DNA from: Bacteroidales bacterium | GTDB lineage: Bacteria > Bacteroidota > Bacteroidia > Bacteroidales > P3 | Direction of reading: 5' to 3' | NCBI GenBank assembly: GCA_017448905.1 | Contig: JAFSKP010000060.1 | Location: 15,867 to 79,866, forward strand | Length of the DNA stretch: 64,000 bases | Part shown: in pieces, positions 18,261-28,115 of the stretch | How positions within the stretch are numbered: the first letter of the stretch is position 1 | How the letters are laid out: each line of letters starts with the position of its first letter | Program-made: the position numbers and the translations under genes | The notes under the pieces: generated by a model | Told to the model about the DNA's origin: nothing | The model's database searches: none | Seen by the model: the letters and a program-made list of their open reading frames with translations, nothing else

Positions 18261-19814
18261 ATGAAGATACGACGATTACTCACACTCGCGGCTCTTCTGG
18301 CATTGCCGTTGCTCGTTTCGGCACAGAAAGACGACCAACAGCCGCTGGACCCCGAACACTCCAACTATGTCATACGGGGCGACATGAGCAGCGGCATGAA
18401 TGGCGACAAGCCTTTTTTCAAACTGAAAAATGTCACGCACAGGGGTATCACCTTCACCGAGCAGTCGGAATACAGGGGCGACGACTCCTACGACTCCGAG
18501 ACCGAGCGCGTGACCTTCTCTTTCAAGCGTGCCGATACCGACCACCCCAACAAATTCAACAACCCCCTGATCCTCTGGACATGGGATAAGGGTGCCGGAA
18601 AGTGGAAACGCGATGTCGAGAAGACCGAGAACAAGATGACTTTCCAGGAGAAGTTCATCATCAGCGTGATGATGGTGCTCGACTGTAGCGGCTCGATGGT
18701 TGAGAACGGCAGCACGAACTTCGACACCATGATACGGAGCGCATTGACATTCTTGGACACGCTGCATCAGGACGCACGCACCAGGAGAAACATCCACGTC
18801 GGTCTCATAGGCTTCAACACTACCAAATATGCCGACGCACATGCCTACAGCCCTGTACCTCTCACCAACGAGAACTACGAGAAACTGCGTAACTACATCA
18901 AGAACCTTGACCGTCCAAGAGAGGATGCAGGCACTGCCTTTTACTACAGCGTCGACAAGGCCGTCGACATGCTGAAGGAGAACTACAGCCGCATGTCTAT
19001 TGGCGACGGGCAGTTCATCGGCTCCACGATAGTGGCCTTCACCGACGGCAAGGACAACATGTCGAAGGACTATTCGAAAAAAATCACCACCCTCGACGAC
19101 TATCTCTACTACATGCAGGACCAGTTCCCGAAGCACAGGGTCGGCCAGCTGCCGATTTGGAGCCGCTGCATTGCCTTCAGGGGCGAGAATGTGGACCTTT
19201 CGGAATGGAACTCCATGGAGAGTGATGTCAAGAGTGTCTTCGGCGATAAGGGTTTCCAGACCATACGGCAGATGGACGAGCTCAGCGGTACGTTCAGCGA
19301 GATAGCGCGCAACCTCATGGGCAGCTTCATGGTGCTCAACTGCCAGGTGCCCAGCGCTATCTCCGGCCCGGTGGCATGGACTATTCCTGAATACGGAAAG
19401 GTCGCCCCCCCACCGCCTCCCGCACCCCCCAAGGAGTCGCACCTGCCTTGGATTGGCGTCAGCGCCGAGTTTGCCACACTCGAGGGCGACTATCTTGGCG
19501 GTCTCAACGTCGATATGGTCTTCTCCATCACCGATATGTTGGGTATCGGAGGCCGCTTGGGCGGTCTCTACAACATCAGCTCTGGAGGCTTCGACTTCCT
19601 TGTGGGACCCGAAGCCAAGCTCACTTTCTACGACGAAAATGCCATCATCGCCGGTTTTGGTGCCGGCATGAACCTCGACGAGGGTACGCTTATGCTCTCA
19701 CTCCGTGTAGGCTACAAGTTCAAGAATCCTCTGTTCCTGACGGCCGAGACTATCTACTGCGACGGTTGGTTCGGTACCGGAGTAGGTGTTGGCTTCTCGT
19801 TCGGAGGCAATTGA
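18261..19814 (+). CDS. Secreted vWA-domain protein with Pro-rich linker and C-terminal Gly-rich beta-barrel-like anchor
   Basis: Signal peptide ...LLVSAQ, MIDAS motif VLDCSGSM with TDGKDN, linker APPPPPAPP, and a C-terminus of G/F/Y-rich strands ending GVGFSFGGN. Confidence 0.8.
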   Translation: MKIRRLLTLAALLALPLLVSAQKDDQQPLDPEHSNYVIRGDMSSGMNGDKPFFKLKNVTHRGITFTEQSEYRGDDSYDSETERVTFSFKRADTDHPNKFNNPLILWTWDKGAGKWKRDVEKTENKMTFQEKFIISVMMVLDCSGSMVENGSTNFDTMIRSALTFLDTLHQDARTRRNIHVGLIGFNTTKYADAHAYSPVPLTNENYEKLRNYIKNLDRPREDAGTAFYYSVDKAVDMLKENYSRMSIGDGQFIGSTIVAFTDGKDNMSKDYSKKITTLDDYLYYMQDQFPKHRVGQLPIWSRCIAFRGENVDLSEWNSMESDVKSVFGDKGFQTIRQMDELSGTFSEIARNLMGSFMVLNCQVPSAISGPVAWTIPEYGKVAPPPPPAPPKESHLPWIGVSAEFATLEGDYLGGLNVDMVFSITDMLGIGGRLGGLYNISSGGFDFLVGPEAKLTFYDENAIIAGFGAGMNLDEGTLMLSLRVGYKFKNPLFLTAETIYCDGWFGTGVGVGFSFGGN

Positions 19815-19863
19815 TGCTGTGCATATTGCACGACTAAAAAACATCCGTCTGATGACTGACTGA

Positions 19864-19891
19864 AGGGGATGCCTTGCAAGGGGCATCCCCT
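19864..19891. terminator. Bidirectional intrinsic terminator between convergent genes
   Basis: AGGGGATGCC-ttgcaag-GGCATCCCCT. It sits between the stop at 19814 (+) and the stop at 19909 (-). Confidence 0.6.
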
Positions 19892-19908
19892 TCCCTGTAT
19901 CTGTACCG

Positions 19909-21984
19909 TCAGAATCGCAGCCTGAGCTGGGCTTTGAGCTCGTGGCGGCTGCTGCCCTCAGTCATGTCGTGGCCGGAGCCGACGGTCTCTTGTTCCGGAT
20001 AGTAGGTTGCCGCATACTTGAGGCTCAGCGAGAGCTCTTTCGTAAGGTCGTAGCGTACGACGATGTATCCGCGCATACCACGGTTCATCAGCATCAGCGA
20101 GCCGAGTTCATACATCATGTCGCTCTCATAGACGTAGATACGGGCATCGTAGGCCGAGATGTCGAAGATTGCGGCGCGTGCTGCGACGCTCATCGTGTTG
20201 CCGTGGAGCAGCATGGAGCGTCCAATGTCCTGCATGAGGAGGAAGCCATGTTCGGGCGAATGGTCGAGGCAGTCGAATCGGGTGGACACAACGCGCGAGA
20301 GCAGGTGCCAGCCGCCGCTGTTGTAGTCAAGGTGCAGCGAAAGCCGTCGGCGTACGGTGCTCTCCACAGCATAGGTCTGCAGGTCACTGTTGCGGTCGCA
20401 AGTCCGGTATTGGTACTGGAACACAAGCTGTGTGTTCGTTGTCAGGGGTTTGACGAGTCGCAGCCTATAGTCGGCACCGTCAGAGGGGGCATAAAGACGG
20501 TAGCGCATCCATGGGTAACGGAACATGTCGACGGATGCCGAGAGCCTGATTCCCAGAGGTAGACGTGCTTTCAGGTTGGCAACAATACCCGTCTCGTTCT
20601 GGGGCGACGTGCTTTGGCCTATGGTGTTGGCGAAGAAATTATGGTATGACGCTGAGCCGTAGCGGTAGGCCACGGAGAGAGCGTTGTCGGAATTGAAGTC
20701 GGTCTGAATGCCTGCCACTGCTGCCAGGGGCAGAGGTGAGTCGGTAGGCATATAAGATGCTTGTTCCATGGAGGTTGCCACCTCGCCGAAGAATACTGTG
20801 CGGCGACTACGCCAGCTGGCGTCTAGACCGGCATTGAAGAGTTGTTGCCCCCTGAAAGCAAAGGCGTTATAGACATAGTCCTGCGGTTGGAGCTCGTCCG
20901 ACAGGAAGGTGCCAAAGGCAGTTGCACCCACGGCCAGCGAGGAGTGGCGGAGCTGGATGTGTGCCCCGGCAAGGTGTTCGCCGAGGCGTTGTTTCTTGGC
21001 CATCTCGTTTTCTGTACGGTGGTATCCTGTATTGTATAGCGATGTGTAGGTTACAGTTCCGTCGTCCGATGTGTCGGCGGTGGCATCACGTCTGACGAAC
21101 GAGTAGAAGAGTGTGGCCTCCAAACGTTTTGGGATAAGAGATAGGGTTGCTGCGGCGCCGTGCAGGTAACCATACTCGCTGAATGCGCTGGCCGCGCGTA
21201 TGCCCTGACCATAACGCCGCAGTGGCATGTCGGAGCCGCCCCAGGGGGCATAGCCGCTCCAGAGGGTGGCTCCCTGGCCGAACCGCAGCTGGTATTTGCC
21301 GACGATGGCACTCCGAACGATGCCAAGGTCGTTAACCATCAGGTGATAGCCATAACTGTCGAAGCCGAGAGCGGCGGCATTGTCTCTCGCGGCGGCGAAA
21401 CGGAAAGGCTCGCCGGCGTCTTTGTCGCCGGAGAGTTGGAACGTCAGACGGTCTGAATAATGGAACTTGTAGCGGAAATACTCGCGGAAAGGTGACCCTT
21501 GGTATTTCCCCTCATCGTAGGCGCGCGAGCGCGGCATGAGGGTCTTGGCTCCTATCCTGAGGTTGCTTCGGCCTCTGTGGTGTATCTCCTTGAGCGACGG
21601 GAACCGGTTGTCGTTGACAGGACTTACGGTGGTGAAGAGTGCCAGCAGCCGTGTCTCAAGGGTGTCGAATCCGTTCATGAACTGTAGCTCGGCCATGGTT
21701 ACCATCTGTCCGTTCTGGGCTATATAGGCCTTGATGATGTCGCGCTGCAGGTCGGTGATGAACGGCAGCTCGCACAGACGGTTGGAGGTGGTATCGTTGA
21801 GGTTGATGGGGTTGTCGATGATGTCTTGCAGACCTTCGATGATGTCGTTAGGAACCCCTTCCGAGTCGTTCCGCTCCGCCCATTCCTCAATCAGGATACG
21901 CCACAGCGTCTCCTCTGTGTCTTGTGCTTTGCTGAAGGCAGGGAGAATGAGCAGGATGAGAAGGGTGGGGAGCAGGCGTTTCAT
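19909..21984 (-). CDS. Helix-hairpin-helix domain protein with large C-terminal beta-barrel
   Basis: Signal peptide MKRLLPTLLILLILPAFSKAQ, ComEA-like HhH INLNDTTSNRLCELPFITDLQRDIIKAYIAQNG, and a C-terminus ending AQLRLRF. Confidence 0.7.
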   Translation of the reverse strand: MKRLLPTLLILLILPAFSKAQDTEETLWRILIEEWAERNDSEGVPNDIIEGLQDIIDNPINLNDTTSNRLCELPFITDLQRDIIKAYIAQNGQMVTMAELQFMNGFDTLETRLLALFTTVSPVNDNRFPSLKEIHHRGRSNLRIGAKTLMPRSRAYDEGKYQGSPFREYFRYKFHYSDRLTFQLSGDKDAGEPFRFAAARDNAAALGFDSYGYHLMVNDLGIVRSAIVGKYQLRFGQGATLWSGYAPWGGSDMPLRRYGQGIRAASAFSEYGYLHGAAATLSLIPKRLEATLFYSFVRRDATADTSDDGTVTYTSLYNTGYHRTENEMAKKQRLGEHLAGAHIQLRHSSLAVGATAFGTFLSDELQPQDYVYNAFAFRGQQLFNAGLDASWRSRRTVFFGEVATSMEQASYMPTDSPLPLAAVAGIQTDFNSDNALSVAYRYGSASYHNFFANTIGQSTSPQNETGIVANLKARLPLGIRLSASVDMFRYPWMRYRLYAPSDGADYRLRLVKPLTTNTQLVFQYQYRTCDRNSDLQTYAVESTVRRRLSLHLDYNSGGWHLLSRVVSTRFDCLDHSPEHGFLLMQDIGRSMLLHGNTMSVAARAAIFDISAYDARIYVYESDMMYELGSLMLMNRGMRGYIVVRYDLTKELSLSLKYAATYYPEQETVGSGHDMTEGSSRHELKAQLRLRF

Positions 21985-21988
21985 CCAT

Positions 21989-22825
21989 TCAGAATGAGTA
22001 GGCAAGTGATATCAGTGGGGTCGGTCCCAACGGTGTGCTGAATTGGAAGGCCAGGTCGGCGCCGAGATGCTCCCACCTGCCGCCGAATCCGAAAGAGTAG
22101 AGCCGTGGCTTTGTGGCTATGCCCATGCGGGCAAAGTATCTTGACATGAACCGGTACTGTAGTCCGAGGCGCAGGGTGGCATCATAGAACAGGTTTTTTT
22201 CGACTTCGGCGGCGGCGAGCAGCTCTTCGTTGAGCAGGTATGAAAGTCCGAGCGAGAAAATCCCCGGGGTATGGACACCCTCCGAGCTGTCGGAGACTAC
22301 TGCGACAGGGTTGAAGGTGCGGAAAGCTATGCTCAGCTCGTCGGATGGGTTGTAGCGAACGGCCAGCGAGAAGGTGAGCCTGTGCAGGGGTGTGTAGTAG
22401 GGGTCGGATGTGGCCGAATGGAGGTAGTGGAACGCCGCACCGAAAGCTATCTCCCTGCCAAGCGGCAGGGCATACGCCAGCGCGATGTTTTGCTCGTTGT
22501 ATTCGGCATCGCCGAAGTGAATGGCAGACAGTGCCATTCCGCCGAAAGGCAATGGCGTCGCCACAGCAGCTGATGCAAGACTCAACCCGTCGGCCATGAT
22601 GTTCTGTCGCACTGACAGCGTGACGATGGTCGTCGGCAGCGCGGCGAGGTCGGCGACGGTGGCGTATGCTGTCGTCGGGTCGTTGACAGCCACTGTCATG
22701 CCGCCCAGGGCTGCCGTTCCCCCGCTCATGGTGGGGAAATCAAACTGTGCAAAAAGTGGTGTCGCACGGAGCAACACCACTGTGGCAATAAGGAGTAGGG
22801 GATGGGCTTTCGTCCGTTCCACCAT
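21989..22825 (-). CDS. Outer-membrane beta-barrel protein (PorQ/PorV-like; assignment tentative)
   Basis: Signal peptide ...LRATPLFAQ, a strand-rich body, and C-terminal SLAYSF. It is in an operon with its neighbours. Confidence 0.55.
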   Translation of the reverse strand: MVERTKAHPLLLIATVVLLRATPLFAQFDFPTMSGGTAALGGMTVAVNDPTTAYATVADLAALPTTIVTLSVRQNIMADGLSLASAAVATPLPFGGMALSAIHFGDAEYNEQNIALAYALPLGREIAFGAAFHYLHSATSDPYYTPLHRLTFSLAVRYNPSDELSIAFRTFNPVAVVSDSSEGVHTPGIFSLGLSYLLNEELLAAAEVEKNLFYDATLRLGLQYRFMSRYFARMGIATKPRLYSFGFGGRWEHLGADLAFQFSTPLGPTPLISLAYSF

Positions 22826-22834
22826 GTGAGGGTA

Positions 22835-23578
22835 TTATTCGGGAATCTGGTCTTCCCAGAGGCCGCGGCTTCTGTAGGCCTCGTTGACAATCTTGGTGAC
22901 GAGGGCAGGGTAGCGTTTGCTCTTGAATTCGCCGTTGATGGTAGCTGTCTTTGTGAAGTAGGTGGCGAGGTTGAAGTTGGGGTCGTTGAGGTGTTCCTGA
23001 ATGCCCTCGACATCAGATTCGGTGAAGTAGTAGGCGTGTACATTGTTGAGTGTGCCTCTCATGTTGTTGCCGGAACCAGGATACTCGGTGACGGTGATGG
23101 TGCCGTCGTAAGCGATGTACCATGATGTGTCGCTGATGGCGATGAGCAACACATTGAAGCCTGAGGGGTTGAAGACGATGTCGGCGATGGAGTCGAACTT
23201 GAAGTTGCGCAGACGCTGTGGGGTGAGGACTTCAGTGATTGTGTAGGTGCCGGTGGTGGAGTCGGAGAACTGGAAGCCCATGAATGGGTAGCGGAGAGTG
23301 GCTCCATTGGCGCTGAGGTCGACATTGGCGAAGAGGTCGAGCGTGCCGACGTAGGCAATGTTGTCGACTACGGTGTCGAACTCGTCCATGATGGTGGAGG
23401 CGAACTCGATGTTGGCGTTCTCGGCGTTGAAGCCGTTCTGGCCTGTTACGGTAATCTCGGCGGAGCCAAGAAGGCCTGACTCGACCATTTGGGTTACCAT
23501 TTGTGCGGACTCCTCATCGCATGAGGAGAACAGCAATGCGAGAGCTGCGGCGGCTCCCCAGAGTAAATGTTTTTTCAT
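22835..23578 (-). CDS. Lipoprotein, function unknown
   Basis: MKKHLLWGAAAALALLFSSC lipobox. Confidence 0.6.
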   Translation of the reverse strand: MKKHLLWGAAAALALLFSSCDEESAQMVTQMVESGLLGSAEITVTGQNGFNAENANIEFASTIMDEFDTVVDNIAYVGTLDLFANVDLSANGATLRYPFMGFQFSDSTTGTYTITEVLTPQRLRNFKFDSIADIVFNPSGFNVLLIAISDTSWYIAYDGTITVTEYPGSGNNMRGTLNNVHAYYFTESDVEGIQEHLNDPNFNLATYFTKTATINGEFKSKRYPALVTKIVNEAYRSRGLWEDQIPE

Positions 23579-23659
23579 GTTTTTTGTGTATATGGATTAA
23601 TAAAATAATGACTGCGAAATGAGGTATTTACACACCTTTACATTTATAGTAACGCATTT

Positions 23660-23983
23660 TTACAAATTATGTTTCATCTGAAGTAAAAAATTTTTCATCT
23701 CGGTCAGGGTGTCGATGATTTGTATCTTCTGGTCGGGGGTTTTGTCGTTCTTGAGGTGCTGGCGTGTACCTTCGAGGGTGAGGCCGCATTCTTTGGTGAG
23801 GTGATGGATGCGTCGCAGCAGCTCGATGTCGTCGTGTGTGTAGCTGCGTGTGCCCTTCTTGTTCTTGGTGGGTTTCAGCTCCTTGAACTCTGTCTCCCAA
23901 TAGCGCAGCAGCGACTGGCTGACGCCGAGCATCGATGCCACCTCGCTGATGCTGTAGTACAGTTTCCCTTCAGGTGTATTCAT
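23660..23983 (-). CDS. MerR family transcriptional regulator
   Basis: YSISEVASMLGVSQSLLRYWETEF is the MerR-type HTH signature. Confidence 0.85.
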   Translation of the reverse strand: MNTPEGKLYYSISEVASMLGVSQSLLRYWETEFKELKPTKNKKGTRSYTHDDIELLRRIHHLTKECGLTLEGTRQHLKNDKTPDQKIQIIDTLTEMKNFLLQMKHNL

Positions 23984-24048
23984 TGCTGTTATTGTTGCTT
24001 GGTTTTGTTTTTGGTATTGTTTTCCGGATATTCCGGAACTTCCTGATT

Positions 24049-26637
24049 CTAATACATGTAGTAGCCCTGGTTCGACTGGTAGTTCTCTTTCTTCTCGTAT
24101 TTCACGTCGCGTAGCGAGCCTGCTTTGATATTGATGACGAAGTTCCAGCTTTTGTAGTATCCGAAAGGCACCCAGTTGAAGCGCATCTCCCAGCAGTGGA
24201 GGTCGCGGTAGATGTCGACGCTGGTGTATGACATGCCCTTGTTGGTGAAGTCGTAGCCTGTCGAGAAGCTGAACTTCCAGTTCTCTGTGAGCGAGATGCT
24301 GCCCGACAGTGAGGCCGAGTGGGTCAGTGTGTTCTTGAGGTTGAAGCGTGCAGCATCGTAGCTGCTCACATAGCTCAACGTATAGTGCAGCGAGATGTTC
24401 CAGGGCACTGTGAAGTCGGTGTAGGTGCCCATCATGAGTGCCGGGCTGTAGTCGTAGGGTGTCTGCATGATGGGGGCCACCATCTGCCCCTGGTCCTTCG
24501 GGGCGTCTTTCTTGAAGGTGTTGTTGTTGAGGCTGAACGAGAGCTGCGCACTCCAGGTCGACTGGTTGAGCATGAAGAGCTGCTTGCGCGTGTTCCAGAG
24601 GAACTGGTTGTGTTTGTTGCCGAGAGAGTCGATCTCGTAAGGGGAGAATGAACCTGAATAGTTGAGTACGAGCGACTTGAACAGTGTTGTACGCCCCGAC
24701 ACGTTGAGGTTTGACCAGTTGAGGGAGTCGCGTGCCAGGTCGTAGTTCATCGAGAAGGTCAGGTTTTCGATGAGCATCACCTTTTTCAGTTCGTCGCTGG
24801 TGTCGCGAATAGGCTTGACTTTGGCTTCGAGGTTGTTGCCAAGCGAGAAGCCCACCTGCCCGGAGCGTCCGTCGGGAGGCCCTCCATAGAGGCTCTGCTC
24901 GAAGATTGAGTAGCGGTGGACGTAGCCTGTCTTGTCGGTGTACGACTTCCAGAAGCCCAGGCGCTCGTCGCCGAAGTCGGGGCGGAAGTTGAACGACAGC
25001 GACGGGTTGACGACGTGGCGCAGGGCCTTGAGGGGACCGTATTTGAAGTTGAACATTCCATAGATGCGTGTCGAGAGCGACGAGTTGAACGATGCGTCGC
25101 GGTTGGCACGGAATCCGCGTATGGTGTCGATGACGAGCTTCCCCGTGGAGTCAATGTCCTTGCTGATTGTCGTCCAGTGCCATCGCTCGTTATAGGAGAT
25201 GGAGTTGGTCCAATTGAAGTAGCGCAGCACCTTGAGTGTGCTCTGCAGGGGTATGCGGTGGCTGATGCCGTACTGCATGTTGTTGATGATGGTTTTCTTG
25301 AAGATGTTGGTGTCTATGGCGTTGAGGGTGTTGGCTCCCTCGAGCTGGTACGACAGCGAGATGTTCTCGTACCAGCGGTAGGCTCCTGAGGGTTTCTTTC
25401 GCCGTAGGGGGTAGAAGGTGTTGCTGCTCAATGAGAGCGAGGGCAGCTGGATGTTCATCAAGCCTGTCTGGACATTGTACGATTCGCGTGCCGACATGGC
25501 GAGGTTGAACCACGACCCGATTGTCGAGGTGTAGCTGATGCTTGATGTCGTGGTGCTGTTGAAGTAGTCGTTGGAGTTGGTGGTGTTGCGGTTGTAGTTG
25601 CGGCTGATGAGGTTGACGTTGGCCGAGAAGCGGCTGTTGGGGTTGGCTTTGGCATCCTGGTCGTGACGCCAGGTGACCTTGAAGTCGCTGTATTGGTTGT
25701 AAGTGTTGCTGTCGCCCCGTATGCCGGTCTTGGTGATTCCGTATCGTATGTCGAAGAAGCCCTTGTATTTGTAGCGTCGGTAGTAGTTGCTCTTGGCTTC
25801 GGCGGTCCAGCTTAGGTTAGTGTATATTTCACCCAGTACGGCAAGGTCGAGGAAGTCGTTGATTGCGAAATAGTAGCCTCCATCCTTGAGGTAGTAGCCT
25901 CTGCCGTTCATCCATCCGTAGGAGGGCATGAGTATGCCCGACGAGCGGTCATGGGCTAGGGGGAAGAAAGCAAAGGGGAGGGCCAGTGGTGTGGGGACAT
26001 CCTCGATGGAGACGTAGGCAGGGCCGGTGAAAATCTTTTCGTTGGCTATGAGTTTCGATTTCGAGAAATTGATGGCGAAATGGGGATGGGCATAGTTGCA
26101 GGTGGTATACTGGCCACTGCTGAGGTACATTATCGAGTCGTTGACTTTCTTTATCTTGGTGCCATGCAGGTAGCCGTCGCCCTCTTGGGTTATGACCCCG
26201 TAGATGAGTCCCTTGCCGGAGCTGTAGTTGTAGGTAAGGGTATCGGCGTTGTACTCCGAGGCGCCCTGCTTGAAGATGGGGCACCCGACGTAGTGCCCTG
26301 CTGTGTCGACAACGCCGACGGCATGGATCTGCTTGCGGTTGAAGTCGACCTCGACGGCATCGGCATTGAGCGTCATGTCCTCAAATTCTATGACCCCTTC
26401 GCGGTAGAGGAAGGCACGTTTGCTGTCGAGGTCGATGGCAACGGAATCGCTGGCTTTGTAGTTTACCGTCTGCTTGACGGCATCGGGTGATATGGGTATC
26501 AGGTAACGTGTCACGCTATCAGGTTGTTGCAGCTCAGTCCTGATGCTGTCCTGCGCCGACAATCCCCCCCCTCCCGCTGTCAGAAAAAACACCGGCAGCA
26601 GAAAAAGAAGAAAATTATATGATTTTCTGATACTCAA
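24049..26637 (-). CDS. LptD-like LPS-assembly outer membrane protein
   Basis: About 860 aa with an N-terminal OstA-like region and a huge barrel. A minus-strand -7 box at 26674-26681 lies inside the ORF-track extension, so the TTG at 26637 (SIRKSYNFLLFLLPVFF...) is the likelier start. The maximal ORF runs to 26709. Confidence 0.72.
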   Translation of the reverse strand: MSIRKSYNFLLFLLPVFFLTAGGGGLSAQDSIRTELQQPDSVTRYLIPISPDAVKQTVNYKASDSVAIDLDSKRAFLYREGVIEFEDMTLNADAVEVDFNRKQIHAVGVVDTAGHYVGCPIFKQGASEYNADTLTYNYSSGKGLIYGVITQEGDGYLHGTKIKKVNDSIMYLSSGQYTTCNYAHPHFAINFSKSKLIANEKIFTGPAYVSIEDVPTPLALPFAFFPLAHDRSSGILMPSYGWMNGRGYYLKDGGYYFAINDFLDLAVLGEIYTNLSWTAEAKSNYYRRYKYKGFFDIRYGITKTGIRGDSNTYNQYSDFKVTWRHDQDAKANPNSRFSANVNLISRNYNRNTTNSNDYFNSTTTSSISYTSTIGSWFNLAMSARESYNVQTGLMNIQLPSLSLSSNTFYPLRRKKPSGAYRWYENISLSYQLEGANTLNAIDTNIFKKTIINNMQYGISHRIPLQSTLKVLRYFNWTNSISYNERWHWTTISKDIDSTGKLVIDTIRGFRANRDASFNSSLSTRIYGMFNFKYGPLKALRHVVNPSLSFNFRPDFGDERLGFWKSYTDKTGYVHRYSIFEQSLYGGPPDGRSGQVGFSLGNNLEAKVKPIRDTSDELKKVMLIENLTFSMNYDLARDSLNWSNLNVSGRTTLFKSLVLNYSGSFSPYEIDSLGNKHNQFLWNTRKQLFMLNQSTWSAQLSFSLNNNTFKKDAPKDQGQMVAPIMQTPYDYSPALMMGTYTDFTVPWNISLHYTLSYVSSYDAARFNLKNTLTHSASLSGSISLTENWKFSFSTGYDFTNKGMSYTSVDIYRDLHCWEMRFNWVPFGYYKSWNFVINIKAGSLRDVKYEKKENYQSNQGYYMY

Positions 26638-26652
26638 TATATAAAAAATATG

Positions 26653-26660
26653 TATCTTTG
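26653..26660 (+). promoter_or_regulatory. -7 box TATCTTTG for the amidase gene
   Basis: Perfect TAnnTTTG match 67 nt upstream of the ATG at 26727. Confidence 0.5.
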
Positions 26661-26673
26661 CATTTTCAAATTG

Positions 26674-26681
26674 CAAAGATA
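26674..26681 (-). promoter_or_regulatory. -7 box TATCTTTG (minus strand) for the LptD-like gene
   Basis: The reverse complement of CAAAGATA, arranged divergently to the amidase promoter. Confidence 0.5.
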
Positions 26682-26726
26682 ATATAATTTGTAATAACCG
26701 TAAAAACAAAATATAGCTCTCTATAA

Positions 26727-28076
26727 ATGAAACGTTTAGTTCTATTATTAATCGCTTTGTTCGTTGTTGCTGCCGGTGCCTATTCTCAGAAAAGGGAACC
26801 CGGAAAAGTCAAAACATTGGTCATAGACCCCGGTCATGGGGGCGACAAACCGGGTGCGCTCGGCAAGCATTGCCAGGAGAAGGAGCTGACTCTCTCGATA
26901 GCCAAGAAGTTCGGCAAGCTGGTGGAGGACAACTATCCTGACGTGAATGTCATCTACACCCGCACTACCGATGTCGACATTACCCTGGCCGAACGTGCCA
27001 ATATCGCCAACCGCGCCAAGGCCGACCTTTTCGTCTCCATACATATCAACTCGCACCCCACTTCGGTGCCGGTAGGCATGGAGACCTACGTCATGGGCCT
27101 CTCCCGCAGCCGTGCCAACATGGAGGTGGCCAAGAAGGAGAACGCCGACATCCTGCTCGAAAAGGGCTACAAGGACAACAGTGAGTACCAGGGCTTCGAC
27201 CCCAACTCACCCGAGAGCTATGTGATGTTCGCCATGTACCAGAATGCCTATATCGACAAAAGCCTCAATTTCGCCCAATTCACTCAAGACCAGTATAAAG
27301 GCAGCATCAAGACCACCAACCGTGGTGTCAAACAGGCCGAGTTTTTCGTCCTCTACAAAACTGCCATGCCGGCGGTGCTGACCGAGGTGGGCTTCATCAG
27401 CAATCCCGCCGAGGAGGCGTACATGATGTCGGACGAGGGTCAAGCCACCATTGCGGTGTGTCTGCTCAATGCTTTTGCCAACTACAAGTCGCAGGAGGAA
27501 AGTGTCGCAAAACCCAAGAAGTTCGAGATTGACCTCCCCGGTTACGGCAAGAACAAGGGACGCAAGCCCACACCCCAAGGTGACCCGCAGGCCGACAGCA
27601 CGCTGCTGGCGCAGCAGAACCAGGATGCCGCCCTCGAAACGGCCATCCTCCAGTCGCAGGGCGAGGAGGTCCCCAAGGCTAAGGTCGAGGCTCCCAAGAA
27701 AGAGGAGCTCTACCCCGAGAAGAACGTGCCTCCATCGATAGAACCATTCCGCCAGGAGCAGGATGAGATACAGAGTGTCGTCAATCCCGACGACCAGGTG
27801 GTTGAGGGCGTCACCTACCGCGTGCAGTTCCTCACCAGCGAGAAGGAACTCAAGGAGGGCTCCAAAGAGTTCAAGGGCGTGACTGGCTACCAGCTCTATA
27901 AGCAGGGCAAGGTGTGCCGCTACACTATGGGCAACGAGACCACCATCTCGCGTGCCAAGGGCATACAGAGCGAGATGCGCAAGAAAGGCTTCAAGGATGC
28001 ATTCGTCATCGCTTTCTACAACGGCAAGCGTATCAGCCTTCAGGAAGCTCGCGAACTGCAGGCTGACAGCGAGTAG
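26727..28076 (+). CDS. N-acetylmuramoyl-L-alanine amidase with C-terminal SPOR-like domain
   Basis: VIDPGHGG, SIHINS and EVGFISN (amidase_3 motifs), a disordered Q/E/P linker, and the tail YRVQF...GFKDAFVIAFYNGKRIS. Confidence 0.85.
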   Translation: MKRLVLLLIALFVVAAGAYSQKREPGKVKTLVIDPGHGGDKPGALGKHCQEKELTLSIAKKFGKLVEDNYPDVNVIYTRTTDVDITLAERANIANRAKADLFVSIHINSHPTSVPVGMETYVMGLSRSRANMEVAKKENADILLEKGYKDNSEYQGFDPNSPESYVMFAMYQNAYIDKSLNFAQFTQDQYKGSIKTTNRGVKQAEFFVLYKTAMPAVLTEVGFISNPAEEAYMMSDEGQATIAVCLLNAFANYKSQEESVAKPKKFEIDLPGYGKNKGRKPTPQGDPQADSTLLAQQNQDAALETAILQSQGEEVPKAKVEAPKKEELYPEKNVPPSIEPFRQEQDEIQSVVNPDDQVVEGVTYRVQFLTSEKELKEGSKEFKGVTGYQLYKQGKVCRYTMGNETTISRAKGIQSEMRKKGFKDAFVIAFYNGKRISLQEARELQADSE

Positions 28077-28115
28077 TCCTTCAGTCTATAACCAATAACC
28101 AATAACCTATACAAG

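Noticed and set aside
24021-24040. TTCCGGATATTCCGGAA upstream of the MerR-family gene, as a possible MerR operator.
   Set aside because: It is a short direct and palindromic repeat with no clear promoter spacing context (MerR operators sit between the -35 and -10 elements). The evidence is too thin to call.
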